From Thiotrichaceae bacterium (lineage in GTDB: Bacteria; Pseudomonadota; Gammaproteobacteria; UBA5859): DNA of 64,000 bases. Below the pieces are notes generated by a model. That model was not told the origin of the DNA and searched no databases. It was given only the letters and a program-made list of their open reading frames with translations. The stretch's first letter is position 1. Every line of letters starts with the position of its first letter. The DNA is taken from contig JBGTSY010000005.1 of the NCBI GenBank assembly GCA_041940025.1, forward strand, positions 68,741 to 132,740. The letters are read 5' to 3'. Made by a program: the position numbers and the translations under genes. Of the stretch, positions 1-9,927 are shown in pieces.

Positions 1-424
1 CATAATAGCCACCTGAGCCATTGTCATCGATGCTGCCCATTTGACTACTCACCAGAGCGATTTTTGATTCTTGAGAAAGTAATGTTTGCAAATGTTTTAC
101 CAACATGAGTGGCGCGAGGGCATTGACTTGCCACTGTCTATTGATGCTTTCGATGTTCAAATCGTCTAAGGATTCTAATTGCAAGATACCCGCATTATTA
201 ATCAAAATATCAATCTTATCAGACCGCAGTTTATCCCGCGCTTCGATGATATTATTCTCTAACGAAACGTCTACGTTTTCTATGATATTTACATTCAATT
301 TTTCCAGTGCGGGCGAGGTCGTTCGACATAATACGCTCACCTTATCACCGTTAGCAGAAAAGGCACGAACAAGTTCTAATCCAATTCCTCTGTTACCCCC
401 AGTAATGAGTACCTGTCTAGACAT
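1..424 (-). CDS. Short-chain dehydrogenase/reductase (CsgA/C-factor-like); 3' end runs off the window
   Basis: Manual minus-strand translation MSRQVLITGGNRGIGLELV...IDILINNAGIL...SSQMGSIDDNGSGGYY contains the TGxxxGIG and NNAG motifs; not in the ORF track because it is truncated. Confidence 0.9.
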   Translation of the reverse strand, partial: MSRQVLITGGNRGIGLELVRAFSANGDKVSVLCRTTSPALEKLNVNIIENVDVSLENNIIEARDKLRSDKIDILINNAGILQLESLDDLNIESINRQWQVNALAPLMLVKHLQTLLSQESKIALVSSQMGSIDDNGSGGYY

Positions 425-566
425 AGGTTATTTCCCTGTTGTTAATCATCATGTTTCGCTTGGGCGCTTAGATTACGATTCTGTGAACAATAGGAGATAG
501 ATAAATTATAGTTTACATAGTTTTTGAATCTATCTTGTGTACGACTTATTTGTGTTAGATGTAGAA

Positions 567-1532
567 CTAGGTCCATTCGAAACGCTGTCCAATCAGGGAA
601 TAAAGTGATTCGTTATAAGGACGATAAAACTCACTTAACAATTCGAGAGTCTCTTGATTCGGGCGTGGTAGCTCGAGCGGGTTCTCATTTAAACGGCTTT
701 CTGGTAGGGGCTCAACAGGAAGCCCAAGGAAGGTTTGGATCTCCATAAGAGCTTTCTGTGGTGATTGCATATAATCTTCAGATGTTAAAACCATCACTTG
801 ATCGGGGCCGAAAATCTCCATCCATGTTTGAACCGCTTTGATATAGATGCCAGTTTGTAACATGGGTGCACCGCATACTCCATCCATTGGGGATTCAGGA
901 AAGAGTTTAATTGCCAAACTAACATACTCGTCGAAAGTTTGATAGTAAGGAAGTTTTTTGATTGTCGGCCCCCCCAACAGGATGTCCCATTTCCAATGGC
1001 TGTAGGCACGAGCAACCGGATCACGTAATAGTAAAACTATTTTAGCGTCCGGTCTTTTTTCATGATATTTATAAATTAATCGATACCAATTCATGAAGGG
1101 TTCGAAGAAACCACATAGTGCCATGCCTTCCCTCGCCGCATGAGCGTTGACTTCCTTTTGAGTGGGATAGTAGATTCTCCATAGATCAGTATTGGCACCG
1201 CACATGGTAAATTCTTTGGCAAGCGGCGGTATCACACATCGATGGGAATTGAGACTTAATGTGAGCGCACTGCTACAACTTTTTATTGGACCGGTCAAAG
1301 CAAAATCGGGTAGCACTCGTGATTTTTGGGTGAGAAACCGCCAGGTTTGACGCCACTTGGGCGCACCACCAAAATAGTGGGGTAGGAACTGATATTCAAA
1401 ATAACCACCGATGACTCTTGGCAATTTTAGAAGCGGTTTGTCACTGTGGGGTACCATGCGTAATTCGGTTGTGAGTTCATATGCTCGAGTCATTCTTGGA
1501 TCGAATTGAGGTTGCTCTTGATTGGATTTCAC
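567..1532 (-). CDS. Sulfotransferase domain protein (heparan-sulfate O-sulfotransferase-like)
   Basis: LPDFALTGPIKSCSS at the 5'-PSB loop position; KIVLLLRDPVARAYSHW 3'-PB motif; C-terminal FYRPYNESL. Confidence 0.8.
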   Translation of the reverse strand: MKSNQEQPQFDPRMTRAYELTTELRMVPHSDKPLLKLPRVIGGYFEYQFLPHYFGGAPKWRQTWRFLTQKSRVLPDFALTGPIKSCSSALTLSLNSHRCVIPPLAKEFTMCGANTDLWRIYYPTQKEVNAHAAREGMALCGFFEPFMNWYRLIYKYHEKRPDAKIVLLLRDPVARAYSHWKWDILLGGPTIKKLPYYQTFDEYVSLAIKLFPESPMDGVCGAPMLQTGIYIKAVQTWMEIFGPDQVMVLTSEDYMQSPQKALMEIQTFLGLPVEPLPESRLNENPLELPRPNQETLELLSEFYRPYNESLYSLIGQRFEWT

Positions 1533-2210
1533 GTGATGTTTGTCCTTTATTATGACGCGGATTCAGAGAATAAGTGCACTTTCTGAGAAAGACGGCCAGT
1601 TGCATGAGTTCGTCGTTACTTAATTGCACTTGTTACTTGAAATCGCATTATTTTTATTGAAGCATTCATAGCCAGCCTAGATGACAGTGCTTAAAAAAAT
1701 CTCAAGCTCTATCTTCCGTTTTGCGGGCGTGATGCTCTTCGCTCTGGTGGTAAAAGTTCTTTGACTTTAAGCGATTTATTTTGATGGTTTTCTGTGACTT
1801 TGCAACCTTCAATCACAATTTTAATGGCTCGAAAACAGAGGCATTTTGACTAAACGTTTAACGATCAACTTTTCCAAGTTTGGCTCATCGAGTTAATGAT
1901 TCAAGCACTAGACCTTAGAATGTTTAACATTGAGACAAGCGCAACGGAGACAATTGATTGAGCAAGATTTTTAGTGGCTTGAGCTGATAATTGCATTAAA
2001 ACCAGAGATTAACTAGGGATCGATCTTAGGTATCCTATCCAATCCGGTGTAGCGAATGAGAATATGGCCGTATGAGAGGAGCGGTATTGGTAACATCTGA
2101 TCTGTTAAAGAAGTCAATAACTCTCGCTAAACCTAAAATTTTTGGTGCACTCAAGCTGGCGGGATTTTTTGGTTTAATGGTGCCTTTACACGCCTCTTTT
2201 GTTTCAACTT

Positions 2211-2543
2211 CTATGGTGTCATGCGATTTAATGAGCCGTGCGATCTCAATGCGTTGTCATCTGACAGCAGCTGATTGATGACAACGCGGGTTTCGGTCAA
2301 CGAGTTCAATAACCGGCGATCCGTACCGCTCATACGAAAGATAAAGTTAACGCTGTCGTTGTACGCATTCTTCCAGGGCTATGGAGTTGATACCATGCTT
2401 TGCATTCAACCGTTTCTGTGCTCTGTTGATAGCAGGCTCAGTACCCTAGTCGTGACTGTGCAAATGGGTTTTTCCCGTATCTTAAATAGCTTTTCTAATA
2501 CCTGATTCAAATCACCTGAGGATAAGCTTCGAATGACTTTCAT
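2211..2543 (-). pseudogene. Degenerate IS3-family transposase (integrase core, C-terminal part)
   Basis: A single frame with two internal stops reads ...VLEKLFKIREKP...PWKNAYNDSVN...LNSLTETRVVINQLLSDDNALRSHGSLNRMTP, resembling the IS3 PWxNxYxESFN...ARxxIxxWxxxYNxxRPHSSL pattern. Confidence 0.6.
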
Positions 2544-2584
2544 GGCAACTCCTTCGCGTGTGTTTTCGTCCCTCGCTCAAACAT

Positions 2585-4183
2585 TCATTTTGAGTCTTTC
2601 ATGCCGAGATATTCCATGATAAGCGAGGTGTCTACATCTGTGTCGGTGTCCACGTCATAGAGATACTGTTGCTCTTCATCGCTGAATGGATCTAGATTGT
2701 CTATTTGGGTGTGTAATACTGAAATATCGGCCTCAGAGGGATCTCGTCTGGACAACGCACGTTGTTCTATTCTCTTTTCAAGAGTCGATTGTTTGGCATG
2801 ACAATAGACAATGTGCAAGGAGCATTGCAAGCTTTTAGAGAGTTGAATAAAGTCACTACGTTGGTCTTGATGTATGAAAGTAGCATCCACAATACAACAA
2901 TAACCGGACTGAATAATTAGCGTGGTCAGGTTTTTCAAGTGCGAAAAAGTATCTTTGGTTGCAGCGTCAGAATAGATATCGATATCGGTTAAATTCGAAC
3001 TAGAGTCTAAGGCGCCAAGATTAAATATACGTTTGCGTTCGACATCAGAGCGTATCCGTATTGCACCTGATTGATGTGCTAATTGCGCGGCGACAGTGGA
3101 TTTACCAGAGCCCGATAATCCTGACATGAGTATTATAAATGGCGGGGCAGCCTGTAAGAATCTGTCAGCTAAATCTAAATAAGCTTGAAATTCGAGGTAT
3201 CGCTCACAGTGTGAAGAGGGCGGTGATTGGCCCTGATTGGCTTGAATGAGCGCCACCTTCGCCCTCACCAGTGCGAGATGGAGTTGATAAAAGCGCAGCA
3301 CAGGTAGTCCGCGGTACTCCCCTGTCAACTCCAAATATTGATTGAGTAAACGATTGGCTTGATTCGTGCGTTGACGAAAATTGAGATCCATTAGGGTGAA
3401 AGCAACATCACAGATTATGTCGATATGACGAAACGCCGCATTAAACTCGATACAATCAAACAGCGTGATCTCTCCATCAATATAAGCGATGTTGCCCAGA
3501 TGCAAATCACCATGGCAATCGCGAATGCAACCGCTCTTTTGTCGTTGTTCAAAAAAGGGAATCAACTTGGGAAATTGTTGCCGTAGATGTGTATGGATAC
3601 GATGCAATGGTTCTTTATCCTGAGGCAAGCATGGTATCTTCAGAATTTCATCCAAGTTGGAGAATACGGAATGCTTGATTGCTTCAACAGAGTCAGAGGA
3701 CATCTCGCTCGCGTCCATGGAAAGATGAAACTTGGCAATTTTTTGTGCCACTTGATCGATGATGTTATCGGTGAGTTTATTGTTTTCACATAAGTGTGAT
3801 AAAAGCGCGTCTTGAGGAAACTGACGCATCTTAACCGCATAGTCCACAATCGTTCCTTCACCGTCAACCACTAGTTCACCATGGCGTTGATTGATTGTCA
3901 CCACCTCATGATACAGATTGGGCGCAAACCTTCGATTGAGTCTGAGCTCTTCCTCGCAAAAATGTTTCCGCAATGCAAGAGTGGAAAAATTCACAAATCC
4001 CAAGGCAACCGGTTTTTTGACTTTATAGGCAAACTTTCCGGTTAAGAATATCCAAGAGATGTGAGTTTCCAGACATTGGATAGTATCAGCATCGTGAGAA
4101 TAGGCAGAGGCGGAACAGAGGGATTGTCGAATTCTATTCGGTGCACCTCCTTCTTTATTAGTCAATTTCATGATTCGATTCAA
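2585..4183 (-). CDS. Aminoglycoside-phosphotransferase-like kinase fused to an AAA_33 P-loop domain
   Basis: ETHISW, AYKVKKPV, CHGDLHLGNI and FDCIEFN kinase motifs; GLSGSGKST Walker A; IRSDVERK. Confidence 0.9.
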   Translation of the reverse strand: MNRIMKLTNKEGGAPNRIRQSLCSASAYSHDADTIQCLETHISWIFLTGKFAYKVKKPVALGFVNFSTLALRKHFCEEELRLNRRFAPNLYHEVVTINQRHGELVVDGEGTIVDYAVKMRQFPQDALLSHLCENNKLTDNIIDQVAQKIAKFHLSMDASEMSSDSVEAIKHSVFSNLDEILKIPCLPQDKEPLHRIHTHLRQQFPKLIPFFEQRQKSGCIRDCHGDLHLGNIAYIDGEITLFDCIEFNAAFRHIDIICDVAFTLMDLNFRQRTNQANRLLNQYLELTGEYRGLPVLRFYQLHLALVRAKVALIQANQGQSPPSSHCERYLEFQAYLDLADRFLQAAPPFIILMSGLSGSGKSTVAAQLAHQSGAIRIRSDVERKRIFNLGALDSSSNLTDIDIYSDAATKDTFSHLKNLTTLIIQSGYCCIVDATFIHQDQRSDFIQLSKSLQCSLHIVYCHAKQSTLEKRIEQRALSRRDPSEADISVLHTQIDNLDPFSDEEQQYLYDVDTDTDVDTSLIMEYLGMKDSK

Positions 4184-4572
4184 TCAATTTTTGTGGCGAA
4201 TAAAAGTGTGACATTGTTCGTGAATACCATTCTAAAATAACTCGTGTAGTATGAAAACGAACTGAATCAAATAAAGCTTGTTTCTTAAAACTATCTTGAC
4301 TGTCGATGCGCCAAGGGATGGCGCAAAGTGGGCAGCCATGCTGGTGCATCATATAGAGTACAGAGTTTGAGTGGGGCCGGTATAAGCTATAGATGATCCA
4401 GGCTTATTGAGATTGAGATGGTCCGTGTCTGTGATTCAGATCATGCAGTCTAGCTTAGTTTATTCAGTGCCTTTGATTTCCCGTTCCAAGTCACCTGTCA
4501 TCATGCTGGTACTACGAACCCTGCTACTGTATCTTACTGCCAGTTGACTGTTCCAGGATGAGGTAAAAATGA

Positions 4573-5379
4573 ATGAAAGACAAAAATAAAACGGTATTGA
4601 TTACAGGCGCCTCAGCCGGCATAGGTGTCGCTTTCGCTGAAGTTTTCGCTAAAAATCAGTGGGATTTGGTGTTAACGGCAAGAAGAGGGGATAGACTAAA
4701 GGAACACGCTGAAAAACTCAGTTCACAATATGGATGCGGGGTCACAGTCATACAGGCAGACTTGGCGAATGCGGACGCACCTCAGCAAATTTTCGATCGG
4801 CTAGAAAAAGATAAGATCCAACTACACGGATTGGTGAATAATGCCGGTTATGGTGTGCCTGGTTATTATGCGACTACGCCCTGGTCACAGCAACAAGAGT
4901 TTATTCAGGTGTTGGTGACTGCCGTGGCGCATCTATGCCACCTAGTTTTGCCACAAATGATTGAACAGGGGTATGGACGAATCATCAATGTTTCTTCCAT
5001 AAATGGCTTACTACCCTGCTCTCCGGGGCAGACACTTTATGCGGGTGCCAAGTCATTTGTAGTGGCCCTATCGCAGACGCTACAGGCTGAAGCCGGAAAC
5101 AAAGGTGTTCATGTAAGCGCGCTTTGTCCAGGATTAACCTATACGGAGTTTCATGATGTGACGGGAACTCGCAAGATGGTGAATCGTGTACCCAAGAGTC
5201 AATGGAGCACAGCAGAAGAGGTGGCGGAAGCGGGCTACCAGGCGGTGATGCGAGGTGATCTGGTTTGTGTCCCTGGACGTTCGTCAAAGATGGCGGCTTT
5301 GGCATCCAAGTGGTTGCCACGAAAACTGATGGTGAAAATGATGACGGAACAGTCGAAGAAAATACGTCTGTCCGATTAA
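4573..5379 (+). CDS. Short-chain dehydrogenase/reductase
   Basis: TGASAGIG, VNNAGYG and catalytic YAGAK (YxxxK). Confidence 0.92.
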   Translation: MKDKNKTVLITGASAGIGVAFAEVFAKNQWDLVLTARRGDRLKEHAEKLSSQYGCGVTVIQADLANADAPQQIFDRLEKDKIQLHGLVNNAGYGVPGYYATTPWSQQQEFIQVLVTAVAHLCHLVLPQMIEQGYGRIINVSSINGLLPCSPGQTLYAGAKSFVVALSQTLQAEAGNKGVHVSALCPGLTYTEFHDVTGTRKMVNRVPKSQWSTAEEVAEAGYQAVMRGDLVCVPGRSSKMAALASKWLPRKLMVKMMTEQSKKIRLSD

Positions 5380-5549
5380 TTTCACACTGCCGCGAGTTCA
5401 ATCATGCCGATTTAAAAGTGGACTTAGAGTCACTCAACAGCTGCATGTCGTTGTGGGGAAATCCCTCTGACTTCTCTATGCGGATCCAAGACTAAATCAT
5501 CTTTATATCGCGTTTATTATGTATTTATTTGTCACTAGTTGATAATCAC

Positions 5550-7088
5550 CTAGCCGGTAGCCACGCTGATAGGCACGTCTTCTTCAGCATCATTCAGTGC
5601 TACCTGGTATTCATGCAATTTAAACTGTTTTAGTCGATGACAATATTCAGCCGCGAATCCTGGATAGAGTGCGTGATTGGTTCCATCGGCATTTAAGTAC
5701 CAACTCACACAGCTACCGCTGGTCCATACCGTATGCTTCATACGTTTCTGTAATCCGATATTGTATTCATCCATCACGTCCTGGCGAACGTCTACGTATT
5801 TTAGCTTGTGCTCTTTTAACGAATCGATGGCTTGCATGATGTAGTTGATTTGTGCTTCGGTATATATCAGCACCGATGTGTGTCCGGGACCGGTATTGGG
5901 ACCCATAATGCTAAACCAATTCGGATAGCCCGCAATTGAGACACCTTTGTAGGCATAAGCACCATCGGCGGCCCAGTCCTCATTGAGGGCACGACCGTGA
6001 CGACCATAAATCTCGAATGGAGAGGCCGCCAAGCTGAGGTCGAATCCCGTGGCCAATATGATACAGTCCAACTGATGATGTTCTCCATCTTGAGTGATGA
6101 TGCCTTCTGCGGTAACCCGTTCAATAGGCGAAGTGATGAGTGAGACGTTGTCCTTGGTCAACGCGGGATAATAATCATCAGAAACGATCATTCGCTTACA
6201 CCCAAACTGAAAATGAGGAGTGAGTTTGTCTCTTAACTCAGGATCCTTTACATGTTTTTTCAAATTTCGATAGGCCAGCGCTTCGAAGGGCTTGGATAGC
6301 CACTTGGAGTCGAGGATGAGAAAGGGTGCCAAGGCCTCACTACCCCAATAGAGCATGCCGCGAATCGCGCTCTGCAGTTGAGGAAACCTCGCTAAATAGG
6401 ATTTAAACTGATGCCCGATGGAAAAATCGTGACGTGGCATGACCCACGCAGCGGTACGTTGAAAGACATCTAGGTGTGCGACTTTTGGCTGAATACTGGG
6501 GATAACCTGCACTGCGCTGCATCCCGTGCCAATCACTGCTACTCGTTTGTTATGATAATCATAGTTTTTGTTCCAACGAGCCGTATGAAACATCTCTCCT
6601 TTAAAGTCCTCAATGCCTTCAATCTCAGGAAGCGCCGGATCGGTGAGCCCGCCTACAGCCGACACAACCATGCGTGCTTGATGGGTTTCGCCCGAATCGG
6701 TTGTGAGCGTCCAAAGCCCCTTTTCTTCATCGAATTCCGCTTTCACCACTGCCGTGTTAAATCGAATATGAGATCTGAGCTGATGTTTGGCCACACAATC
6801 GAGCAAGTATTGTTGGATCTCCGGTTGGTGGCCGAATATGTTGCTCCAATTTGGATTGGGTTCAAATGAAAATGAGTAGACATAAGAAGGAACATCACAT
6901 GCGCAACCTGGGTAGGTGTTATCCCGCCAAGTGCCGCCAACTTCATCGGCGCGCTCAAAAATCGTAAAGCTATGGATACCGGCTTCTTTTAATTTGATGC
7001 CCATGCCGATGCCGCCGAATCCGCAACCGATGATGATGATTGGAAACGCATTGATGGAGTCTTGATTTATCTGACGTACATTACTCAT
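5550..7088 (-). CDS. Flavin-containing Baeyer-Villiger-type monooxygenase
   Basis: GCGFGG and GTGCSA Rossmann motifs, GGTWRDNTYPG, BVMO fingerprint FKGEMFHTARW. Confidence 0.92.
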   Translation of the reverse strand: MSNVRQINQDSINAFPIIIIGCGFGGIGMGIKLKEAGIHSFTIFERADEVGGTWRDNTYPGCACDVPSYVYSFSFEPNPNWSNIFGHQPEIQQYLLDCVAKHQLRSHIRFNTAVVKAEFDEEKGLWTLTTDSGETHQARMVVSAVGGLTDPALPEIEGIEDFKGEMFHTARWNKNYDYHNKRVAVIGTGCSAVQVIPSIQPKVAHLDVFQRTAAWVMPRHDFSIGHQFKSYLARFPQLQSAIRGMLYWGSEALAPFLILDSKWLSKPFEALAYRNLKKHVKDPELRDKLTPHFQFGCKRMIVSDDYYPALTKDNVSLITSPIERVTAEGIITQDGEHHQLDCIILATGFDLSLAASPFEIYGRHGRALNEDWAADGAYAYKGVSIAGYPNWFSIMGPNTGPGHTSVLIYTEAQINYIMQAIDSLKEHKLKYVDVRQDVMDEYNIGLQKRMKHTVWTSGSCVSWYLNADGTNHALYPGFAAEYCHRLKQFKLHEYQVALNDAEEDVPISVATG

Positions 7089-7405
7089 ACACTCGATCCA
7101 AATTTTGGCAGTTAGTATTGACTAGATTTAAGGCTCATTCTTATAAAACATTTAATAGCACATAATGACAAATATCAAAGTTTTTAAACATAAAAAGCAA
7201 TTATTAAGCATAGATAAAGTTAATCACAAAATGATACCAAGCGGAAATTTCGATTTTTCACCCTCGGTTTAACATCAGTTCAACAAGCTAATCACTACCT
7301 TAGGTGACAAATAAAATCGATGGGGAAATGAATACAAGATGATCAGCTGGCTAGCCAGCATTGCTAAAGATGGCCAGAAGTGGATTGAGTCGCGGATTAA
7401 AGTTA

Positions 7406-7441
7406 TAAAAAAGCCCTCGCTCTGTTAACAGCGAAGGCTTT
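7406..7441 (-). terminator. Intrinsic terminator downstream of the acyl-CoA dehydrogenase pair
   Basis: Imperfect hairpin AAGCCCTCGCT...AGCGAAGGCTT next to a plus-strand A-run (T-run on minus). Confidence 0.65.
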
Positions 7442-7465
7442 CACATCTGAAGGTAAATAGAAAAG

Positions 7466-8605
7466 TTAGACTTGGCTCAATTTGGCAAATCGCTCGATAT
7501 GGTGCTCGGTACTGCCAAATAGTCGACAAAAGAGCGTGAGTCGTCTGAAGTAGTGACCAATATCCAACTCTTCTGTCATGCCGATACCGCCATGCAGTTG
7601 CACCGCTTGTTGTGAGACAAATCGTGCGTGTTTACCGATATGGGCTTTGGCTGCAGAGACCGCTTTTTTACGTTCAACGGGATCCGCTGCATCGATTTTC
7701 ATGCTGACCATATAGGCCATGGAGCGACTGGACTCCACTGCGGTAAAAATATCAACTACCCGATGTTGGATCACCTGAAAGGAACCGATAGCCACTTCGA
7801 ACTGTTTGCGGGTTTTCACATATTCCAGAGTCTTTTTGAAACAGGCTTCCATGGCGCCCAGGGCATCGGCACAAAGCGCTGCGGTAGCTCGATCAATGGC
7901 TTCTTCCAGGGCCGGCAATCCGTGATCCAATTTACCCACCAATGCCTCTTCACTGACTTGCACATTTTCGAGGTGAATATTGGCGCCTTTGGATCCATCC
8001 GCCAGCGAGTAGTCAGTGCAGGTGACGCCTGAGGTATTTCTATCCACTAAAAATAGAGAGATCCCTGAAGAGTCTCTTTGGGCGCCACTGGTTCGTGCGG
8101 AGACGATCAGTGTGTCTGCCCAGGGTGCACCTAGTACCACTACTTTTTTACCATTAATGACATAGCCATCACCGGCTTTTTCTGCGCTGGTGATCACATC
8201 CGCCAAATCGTAGCGAGATTGATCTTCAGCATAGGCCAGTGACAAGCGCAAATCACCCGCCACGATTTTGGCTAACAGTTGCTCCTGTTGTGCGCTGCTG
8301 CCGGCTTTATCGAGCAACGAGCCGCACATGACGACAGTGGGAATAAAGGGTTCCACCACCATCGCCGAACCCAGGGCTTCGGTGAGGATCATGGTTTCAA
8401 TCATGCTGCCGCCGTAACCGCCGGCCTCTTCTGGTAGGGCAATGCCTAACCAACCGAAGTCAGCAAACAGTTTCCAGATGTCTTGGTTCATGCCTTCATC
8501 AGTGGCAATAATTTTGTTGCGAGCATCAAAGGTATAATCTTTAGAAACGAACTTTTCAGCTGCCTCTTTAATGATTCTTTGCTCGTCAGAGAGAGAAAAA
8601 TCCAC
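7466..8605 (-). CDS. Acyl-CoA dehydrogenase (PimD/FadE small-subunit-like)
   Basis: MDFSLSDEQ start, YVKTRKQFEVAIGSFQVIQHR, AVQLHGGIGMTEE. Confidence 0.9.
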   Translation of the reverse strand: MDFSLSDEQRIIKEAAEKFVSKDYTFDARNKIIATDEGMNQDIWKLFADFGWLGIALPEEAGGYGGSMIETMILTEALGSAMVVEPFIPTVVMCGSLLDKAGSSAQQEQLLAKIVAGDLRLSLAYAEDQSRYDLADVITSAEKAGDGYVINGKKVVVLGAPWADTLIVSARTSGAQRDSSGISLFLVDRNTSGVTCTDYSLADGSKGANIHLENVQVSEEALVGKLDHGLPALEEAIDRATAALCADALGAMEACFKKTLEYVKTRKQFEVAIGSFQVIQHRVVDIFTAVESSRSMAYMVSMKIDAADPVERKKAVSAAKAHIGKHARFVSQQAVQLHGGIGMTEELDIGHYFRRLTLFCRLFGSTEHHIERFAKLSQV

Positions 8606-8617
8606 GGTACTAACCTC

Positions 8618-9793
8618 CTAACCTAAGCCTAGGATCATCTTGCTGATGACATTTTTTTGAATTTCGTGACTGCCACCGTAAATGGTGGAAGCTCTTAAGA
8701 AATTGTAGCGCGCCAAGGCTTGCTTAAATTCTGGTGGCCCCATGGCAGTTTCAGTGTCGAAAGGTGCTGCTTGATAGGCCGCCAAATCTACCATCAGTTC
8801 GGACAGCGCTTGCTGGATCTCGGTACCGTTGATTTTCAGAATAGACGATTCAGCCCCTGGACCCTGACCAGAAGCCGTGGCGGCCAAAGTACGAAAGTTC
8901 GTATATTCCAATGCCAAGAGGTCAATTTCGGTTTCTGCAATTTTCAGATCGAGATTTTCATGTTGGTTGAGCGGGCGATCATTTGCGAACGTATTCAGGG
9001 CCATCTGTTTTATGCCCTCCAGAGTCACTTTTGAATCCGCCACTCCGGCAATGGTGGTGCGTTCGTGGGTGAGCAGGTATTTAGCAACCGTCCAACCTTG
9101 GCCTTCTTGTCCGACTAAATTTTCTTTTGGCACACGCACGTCATCGAAAAACACTTCATTCAGGTGATGTTCCCCATCAATACTGACAATAGGACGCACG
9201 GTGATACCGGGCGCATCCATCGGAATCAAAACGAAAGAGATGCCCGCCTGCTTTTTGACTTCTTTGTCGGTACGCACCAAGCAGAAGCACCAGTTGGCGT
9301 GGTGTGCATAGGTGGTCCAGATCTTTGAACCATTGATGACGTATTCGTCACCGTCGGCCACCATCTCGGTTTTTAAACTGGCCAGATCAGAGCCGGCACC
9401 TGGTTCTGAATAGCCCTGACACCACCAATCTTCACAGCTTAAAATGCGGGGTAAATAGCGATCTTTTTGCTCTTGAGTGCCAAATGCTTGCAATACCGGT
9501 CCCAGCATCACGATTCCCATGGATATGCCCACTGGTGCACCCGCTCGGGCACGTTCCATATCAAAAATATAACGTTGGGTGGGTGTCCAGCCTGGCCCGC
9601 CATACTCTTCCGGCCAGGTGATCGCCAACCAGCCTTTTTCATTTAATTTCTTTTGCCAGCCGACAATTTCCTCTTTGCTAAGGGAAATCCCTAACTGATT
9701 CTTTTCTTTTAGTTCGCCAGGCAGATTCTGAGCAAACCAGTCTCGAACCTGCTGCTGAAACTCAAGTTCTTCATTGGAGAAGTCTATGTTCAT
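8618..9793 (-). CDS. Acyl-CoA dehydrogenase (PimC/FadE large-subunit-like)
   Basis: WCQGYSEPGAGSDLASL, INGSKIWTT, IYGGSHEIQKN; adjacent to its partner, as in heterotetrameric ACAD pairs. Confidence 0.92.
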   Translation of the reverse strand: MNIDFSNEELEFQQQVRDWFAQNLPGELKEKNQLGISLSKEEIVGWQKKLNEKGWLAITWPEEYGGPGWTPTQRYIFDMERARAGAPVGISMGIVMLGPVLQAFGTQEQKDRYLPRILSCEDWWCQGYSEPGAGSDLASLKTEMVADGDEYVINGSKIWTTYAHHANWCFCLVRTDKEVKKQAGISFVLIPMDAPGITVRPIVSIDGEHHLNEVFFDDVRVPKENLVGQEGQGWTVAKYLLTHERTTIAGVADSKVTLEGIKQMALNTFANDRPLNQHENLDLKIAETEIDLLALEYTNFRTLAATASGQGPGAESSILKINGTEIQQALSELMVDLAAYQAAPFDTETAMGPPEFKQALARYNFLRASTIYGGSHEIQKNVISKMILGLG

Positions 9794-9873
9794 AATCACC
9801 TCATTACGCTCTCATCTGAACGCTTATTTAAATGGGGTGCAGTATATCACTAGCAGCAGTGAGTCACCTCCAG

Positions 9874-9903
9874 AAAAAAAAGCCAATCTATAAAGATTGG
9901 CTT
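9874..9903 (-). terminator. Intrinsic terminator
   Basis: Perfect stem AAGCCAATCT-ATAA-AGATTGGCTT with an A8 run on the plus strand. Confidence 0.8.
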
Positions 9904-9927
9904 ACAAAGGGTAGTGGATGGAAAAGC

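Noticed and set aside
105-500. Plus-strand 131 aa ORF and the many short ORFs antisense to or nested in long genes
   Set aside because: Shadow ORFs of well-supported genes on another strand or frame; no recognisable motifs
4495-4512. Possible Pho box CTGTCAT-CATG-CTGGTAC before the SDR
   Set aside because: The second half-site is poor and the gene has no evident phosphate role
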